Shown here: one piece after another, positions 59,328 through 64,000 of the stretch | Position numbering within the stretch: position 1 is the stretch's first letter | How the letters are laid out: each line of letters opens with the position of its first letter | DNA from: an uncultured Acidobacteriota bacterium | Lineage (GTDB): Bacteria > Acidobacteriota > Vicinamibacteria > Fen-336 | Length of the DNA: 64,000 bases | Assembly (NCBI GenBank): GCA_963720545.1 | Contig: OY970399.1 | Span: forward strand, 1,536,001 to 1,600,000 | Direction: 5' to 3' | Translations under genes and position numbers: made by a program | The notes under the pieces: generated by a model | What the model was told of the DNA's origin: nothing | The model's input: the letters and a program-made list of their open reading frames with translations, nothing else | Databases searched by the model: none

Positions 59328-62129
59328 CTAGATCGCCTCATCGATGGCGTCGGCGGCGCCTCTGATGAAGGCGTCGTCGCGCATACCGAGATAGTGCGAG
59401 CGGATGTTGGTGTCGAACATGCTCGCGATCTTTGCGGTTTGCGGGCCGGGCGATCCCAATGGGACGGCAACGGTCGTGAGGTCGGCGACGAATGGGCGGA
59501 AGAGTGCTGTGAACAGCCCGCGGTGGCTGCCGTCGGGTTCGATGAGCAGGACCTTGCCGTCGTAGGGCTGCAGCTCGTAACGGTGTTGGGCGCGGGTCTG
59601 CAGGTAGTACTGAACCACCATGTTGGTGAGCGTGTCGGCGTCGATCTCGGGTGAGACGCTCTTGACCTTGTCGAGCAGCAAGCCCAGATAGTTCTCGGGC
59701 GCAGCAGCGTCCATTTGCTCCTTCGTCAGCGAAGTGGGCAGACCGGTGTTGAGTTCCATCAGCCCTGAAAAGCCGTAGATGTGATAGCGGCTTCTCTTCG
59801 CGCGCGCCGCCAGCTTCTCGAATTCGGCCTGCGAAAGCGCATCGTCCCTCTCTGCGCCGGTGTGGGCGCGGCCGCGCAGGCGGCTGGCGAGCAGGACGAA
59901 CGGCTTGAGGAACGGGCGGCTGACGCGCGCCTCGAAAGCCCAATGGCCGAAGCGGCGGTTCGAGGCGCGGTCGGTTGCGAGCGGATCGATGAGGATGAGC
60001 GCCGCGACTTCCTGCCCGGCGCGCCTCAGGCTGCGTGCTGCCTCGTAGCCGAAGACTGCCGCCGAGGAGTATGCGCAGATGAAGTACGGCCCGTGCGGCT
60101 GGCGCGCGCGCATGGCATCGACGTAGAGGCCGGCCCAGCGCGCGAAGCCCAGGGTCGGGTCGCGCTGGCCCCAGAGGAACGGATCGCGCAGGCCGACGAG
60201 CTCGCGTGTCGTCTCCAGCTCCTTGACGAGTTTCTGGTAGGGGCCCAGCGTGCCGCCCGCCGGTGCCACCAGGAACAGCGGTTCGCGGTCGGGCGCGCCG
60301 CGCCGCAGCCGCACCGCCACCGGGTTCTCGGCGGCCGGCGGCGGTGCGAGCGTGCCGCTCTTGATGCCGTCAATGCGCGCGGCCAGGCCCTCGACCGAAG
60401 GGAACTGGTAGACGACCTGGTCGCCAAGGACGCTGCGGTCGAGGTCGAATGCTTCGCGGATGCGGTGCAACGCGGCGAACACCGACAACGACGTGCCGCC
60501 GACCTCGAAGATGCTGCTGTCGTAGCGTACGTCGGGGTTGTCGAGCACCATGCGCCAGATCTCGCTGATGCGTGCTTCGGTCGGCGTCGGCTCGCGGCCC
60601 GTGCGTGTGTTGCCCGCCTGCGGGCTCGCGGCACGCTCGAGAAGCGCCTGGCGGTCCACCTTGCCGTTCGAGAGGAGCGGCAGGCGCTCGAGGCCGATTA
60701 GGAGGCTCGGCACCATGTACGCCGGCAGCCGTCGCCGCAGGTCGTCGAACACGTCCGCCTGCGGCACCGCGGCCGGGGCGAAGAAAGCGGCGAGCGTTGC
60801 GGTGCCTTCGCCACCGGGGCGCGCCACCACCGCCGCCTGCTCGATCCCGTCGTGCCGCAGCAGCGCCTGCTCGACCTCCTGCAGGTCCACGCGAAAGCCA
60901 CGCACTTTCACCGTGTCGTCGACGCGCCCGATGAAACTCAACTCTCCGGATGGCAGCAGCCGCACCTGGTCGCGGGTGTCGTAGGCGCTGCCGCCAGCGG
61001 CCACGACGTCATGCAGCACGCTGGCGGTCAGCTCGTCGTCCTTGTAATAGCCGCTGAAGACCGGGCTGCCCGCGATCCACAGGACGCCGGTCTCGCCGGC
61101 ATGCACGGGCGTCCGCTGCGCGTCGAGGACGAAGGCGCGCACGTCGTCGCCGATCGGCGTGCCGAGCGGCAGTTCCTCGCCCGGGTGCAGCGCCGCCTGG
61201 CGCAGGTCGCAGGCGAGCGTCGAGCTGGCTTCGGTGCTGCCGTAGATCGACCAGAGCGCGGGCGTGTCGGGGAACGCCGCCAGCACCTTCGCGGCGAGCC
61301 GCGGATGGACGTACTCGCCCATCAGCACCAGCACCCGCAGCGGCGGCGCCGCGAACTCCGGCAACTCGAGCGACACCTGCAGCAGCGACGGCACGATCAG
61401 GAGCCGCGTCACGGCGCGTTCACGCAGCGTCTGCCAGAAGCCCGCGAGGTCGCGCAGCTCCTGGTCGGCGACGATCACCACGGGGACGCCGCGCAACAGC
61501 GGCTCGAACAGCTCGTAGACGGCGTGAGTGGTGGTCAGGTACGACTTCTGGCAGCACACCTCCCCTTCTTCATAAGGATGCGTGTTCCAGGTCCACTGCA
61601 GCCGGTGGAAGAACGAGCGGTGGCTGCGGACGATCAGCTTCGGCCGTCCGGTCGATCCCGAAGAGGTGAGGATGAACGCCGGCTGGTCGGCTTCCCCGCT
61701 GTCCTGCACCGTGCCAGCGCCGGGGCTCGCATCGAGCACCGACAGCTCCGCGAGGTGCAGTACCGGCGCCGTGATGTTGGCCGGAAGCGGGTCGCGCTCG
61801 CGGTCGACGACGGCCGCGAGCTCCGCGAAGGCGAGGATATCGCGCAGCCGGGTCTCGGGATAGGAGGGCGGCAGCGGCACGACGGCGGCGTCTGCCATGA
61901 GGATGCCGAGCGTTGCGGCAACCGAGTCGATCGAGCGCTCCATGTGCAGCCCGACCGCGGCGCCCGCGCCGATGCCGCGCCGGCGCAGCCCTTCCGCGAT
62001 ACCGGTGGCGGCGGTCAGCAGGCCCGCGTACGTGATCTCGTTGCCGGCTTCCCGCAGCGCGACGCGCTCGGGGGTTCGCTGCGCCTGCGCGCGGAACTGC
62101 GCGTGCAGCAGGTGCTTCACGTCAGGCAA
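59328..62129 (-). CDS. Stand-alone NRPS-like enzyme, adenylation-thiolation-thioesterase (A-T-TE)
   Basis: TSSGSTGRPK, YGSTE, GRVDDTVKVRGFRV, LPAYMVP, NGKVDR; carrier FEVGGTSL; TE region PLFLVAPAGG...AYSSA; no condensation domain. Confidence 0.88.
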   Translation of the reverse strand: MPDVKHLLHAQFRAQAQRTPERVALREAGNEITYAGLLTAATGIAEGLRRRGIGAGAAVGLHMERSIDSVAATLGILMADAAVVPLPPSYPETRLRDILAFAELAAVVDRERDPLPANITAPVLHLAELSVLDASPGAGTVQDSGEADQPAFILTSSGSTGRPKLIVRSHRSFFHRLQWTWNTHPYEEGEVCCQKSYLTTTHAVYELFEPLLRGVPVVIVADQELRDLAGFWQTLRERAVTRLLIVPSLLQVSLELPEFAAPPLRVLVLMGEYVHPRLAAKVLAAFPDTPALWSIYGSTEASSTLACDLRQAALHPGEELPLGTPIGDDVRAFVLDAQRTPVHAGETGVLWIAGSPVFSGYYKDDELTASVLHDVVAAGGSAYDTRDQVRLLPSGELSFIGRVDDTVKVRGFRVDLQEVEQALLRHDGIEQAAVVARPGGEGTATLAAFFAPAAVPQADVFDDLRRRLPAYMVPSLLIGLERLPLLSNGKVDRQALLERAASPQAGNTRTGREPTPTEARISEIWRMVLDNPDVRYDSSIFEVGGTSLSVFAALHRIREAFDLDRSVLGDQVVYQFPSVEGLAARIDGIKSGTLAPPPAAENPVAVRLRRGAPDREPLFLVAPAGGTLGPYQKLVKELETTRELVGLRDPFLWGQRDPTLGFARWAGLYVDAMRARQPHGPYFICAYSSAAVFGYEAARSLRRAGQEVAALILIDPLATDRASNRRFGHWAFEARVSRPFLKPFVLLASRLRGRAHTGAERDDALSQAEFEKLAARAKRSRYHIYGFSGLMELNTGLPTSLTKEQMDAAAPENYLGLLLDKVKSVSPEIDADTLTNMVVQYYLQTRAQHRYELQPYDGKVLLIEPDGSHRGLFTALFRPFVADLTTVAVPLGSPGPQTAKIASMFDTNIRSHYLGMRDDAFIRGAADAIDEAI

Positions 62130-64000
62130 TCAGGACACCTTCATCACTTCCGCGACCGCGCGGTTGGCGGAGTCGATGGCGGCGTCGGTGTACGAGTATG
62201 CGGCGCTGTCCGCGTTGGCGATGGCGATGCGGCCGAAAGGTTTGCGGGCGCGCTCGCACGGAGTTTCCTCGCCGCGCAGCCAGAACTCGTCGAACAGCGA
62301 GTTGTACTGGTACGCGTAGCCGTGCGCCCAACGGTTGACAGTAATCGCCTTGATGTCGCTGTCCGGGTCGAATCCCGTTGGCCCGAGGATGCGGCCCAAC
62401 TGGTCGCGAATCGAGTGCTCGAACTTCTCCCAGGGCGTCGCCAGCAACTCGGTGCGGCCGGCGCGGTGCTGGTCGCGGCCGATGAGCCCGGGGCTGCAGG
62501 GCGTGCGCACCATGTGGATGACGATCGGCTCTTCCGGATCGCGGCTGCACTGGTAGCCGCCGATGCTCACGGGCAGGTCGAGGTTGGCCGACGACCAGTA
62601 GGCGCCCGGACAGTGCACGCCGCTGACGCCGGCCTTCACGAACGAGCGCCAGTTGGAGATCAGGACGTTGGTGTAGATGATCGGCACCTTCACGGCGAAC
62701 GCCAGGTCTTCCTTCTGCCGCGCCGGCAGCGTGTCGCAGATGTACGGAATCATGGTGCTCCAGCACGCGAGCACCACGCGCTTCGCGCGTACCGTCTCGA
62801 GCTTGCCGTCGCGGCCATAGGTGACTGCGACGTCGGCGGCGGTCGCGGGGTCGCCCGAGTGCACCACACGCACCGCGGTGCTGTTCAGGCGGATGCGGGC
62901 GGCCGAGGACGGCTCGTCGAGGCGCGCATAGTCGCAGCGGGCCGTGACGATGTCGTCGGCAGTCTTGCCTGGAATCGCCGCCGGGATCAGGCCGCGCACC
63001 AGCAGCCGCGCGATCGACGCGTTGCCGTCCGGGAAGTGGAAGAAGTAGGCGCGGCCGCCGTCGTCGTACTGCTTGGCGTCGTGGTTCATTCCCGGGCCGT
63101 ACGACGCGTCGAGCCCCATTCCTGCGAAGCCGGGGAACCCGAGGCCCCACGCATCCTGCGCCGAGACGCCGTCGATGCCGAAGCCGTAAAGGCTGTGGGG
63201 ACGCTGCTGGAAGAACTTCACGACGTCGCCGTGCGCCTTCGTCGTCTCGGTGAGGTACTTCGCGTAGCTGACGCGCGCGAGCTTTGCCTTCTTCTCGGCC
63301 GAGGACAGGCCCGGCAGGTAGTCGACGCGCTCGGTGTAGAGGCGCTGCAGGTCGCGGCGCGCCTGCTCGGCCATCGGCGCCTCGGCCATGAACTGCGCCC
63401 AGCTGGCGGCAGCGGCCTCGCGCTGCGCGGTGGTCTCGCCTTCGCCCACCATTGCCCGGCTGGAAAACGCGAGCAGCTTGTCGGCGCCGAAGGTTTCCTT
63501 GTCGAAGAAGACACCCTGCTTCAGGCCGCGGCCCGAGTAGATGCTCTCGTCCACCACCTTCTGCCAACGCGAGACGTCGATGCCGAGGTCGTTGACGAGG
63601 CCCTTGGCAACCGCGCTGTAGGGCGCCGGGCTGTCGATAGAGAAGGTGCCGCCGTAGCCGAGGATCGTCCGATCCCCCACCTTGTACTCATTGCGCTTGG
63701 CGTGGCCGCCGAAGTCGTCGTGGTTGTCGAGCACCAGGATCTTCGCCGCGGGACCGGCGGCGCGCCGGAAGTAGTGCGCGGCGGACAGGCCGCTGATGCC
63801 GCCGCCCACCACCACGAGGTCGTAGGTCTCGCCGGTGTCGCGCGGCGCGGGCGCGCTCTTCCAGTAGCCGGGTTCGCGCAGGGCGTGGCCGAACGCGTAG
63901 GCGGCGTCGTAGCTGCCGCGCAGTCCGGTGAGCGCGGGCGGGTAGTAAGGCGCGTCGGCGGCAGCCGCCGCGGCGTGCGCGGCGCGCGGCAGCAGCGAGG
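62130..64000 (-). CDS. FAD-dependent oxidoreductase, spermidine dehydrogenase (SpdH)-like; 5' end beyond the window
   Basis: YPPALTGLRGS, YDLVVVGGGISGL, LDNHDDFGGHAKRNE, FHFPDGNA, TVNRWAHGYAY, IAIANAD; frame open to the window edge. Confidence 0.82.
   Translation of the reverse strand, partial: SLLPRAAHAAAAAADAPYYPPALTGLRGSYDAAYAFGHALREPGYWKSAPAPRDTGETYDLVVVGGGISGLSAAHYFRRAAGPAAKILVLDNHDDFGGHAKRNEYKVGDRTILGYGGTFSIDSPAPYSAVAKGLVNDLGIDVSRWQKVVDESIYSGRGLKQGVFFDKETFGADKLLAFSSRAMVGEGETTAQREAAAASWAQFMAEAPMAEQARRDLQRLYTERVDYLPGLSSAEKKAKLARVSYAKYLTETTKAHGDVVKFFQQRPHSLYGFGIDGVSAQDAWGLGFPGFAGMGLDASYGPGMNHDAKQYDDGGRAYFFHFPDGNASIARLLVRGLIPAAIPGKTADDIVTARCDYARLDEPSSAARIRLNSTAVRVVHSGDPATAADVAVTYGRDGKLETVRAKRVVLACWSTMIPYICDTLPARQKEDLAFAVKVPIIYTNVLISNWRSFVKAGVSGVHCPGAYWSSANLDLPVSIGGYQCSRDPEEPIVIHMVRTPCSPGLIGRDQHRAGRTELLATPWEKFEHSIRDQLGRILGPTGFDPDSDIKAITVNRWAHGYAYQYNSLFDEFWLRGEETPCERARKPFGRIAIANADSAAYSYTDAAIDSANRAVAEVMKVS

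Noticed and set aside
1..64000. tRNA, rRNA, integrase, transposase or prophage genes
   Set aside because: No such motifs seen; almost all sequence is accounted for by the listed CDSs

Overview
High-GC bacterial chromosomal window. The gene content (TolB/PD40-amidohydrolase, DUF1800/DUF1501, DUF4388-FHA, wHTH-TolB-TPR regulator, sulfatase-like lipoprotein) suggests Acidobacteriota; this is inference. About 55 densely packed CDSs; I found no rRNA, tRNA, CRISPR array or transposase. Housekeeping and metabolic genes: moaA/moaD, trxB, GTP-dependent PEP carboxykinase, a leucine-catabolism-type carboxylase/hydratase/HMG-CoA lyase cluster, adenosine deaminase, nicotinamidase, a two-component system next to a TonB-dependent receptor, glycosyltransferases and several hydrolases. 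Best candidates for undescribed systems: (1) a stand-alone A-T-TE NRPS-like enzyme lacking the amino-acid-binding Asp, directly abutting a spermidine-dehydrogenase-like flavoprotein; (2) a secreted blue-copper-type protein paired with a membrane HAMP Ser/Thr kinase, divergent from an operon containing an FHA protein; (3) a small ORF plus DUF6036-type nucleotidyltransferase pair that looks like a toxin-antitoxin module. Non-coding signals include a triple palindromic operator upstream of an SPFH/ribbon-helix-helix operon, 10-bp-phased repeats next to a wHTH regulator, and several apparently leaderless or bidirectional promoters. All family assignments come from motifs recognised by eye; no database search was run.
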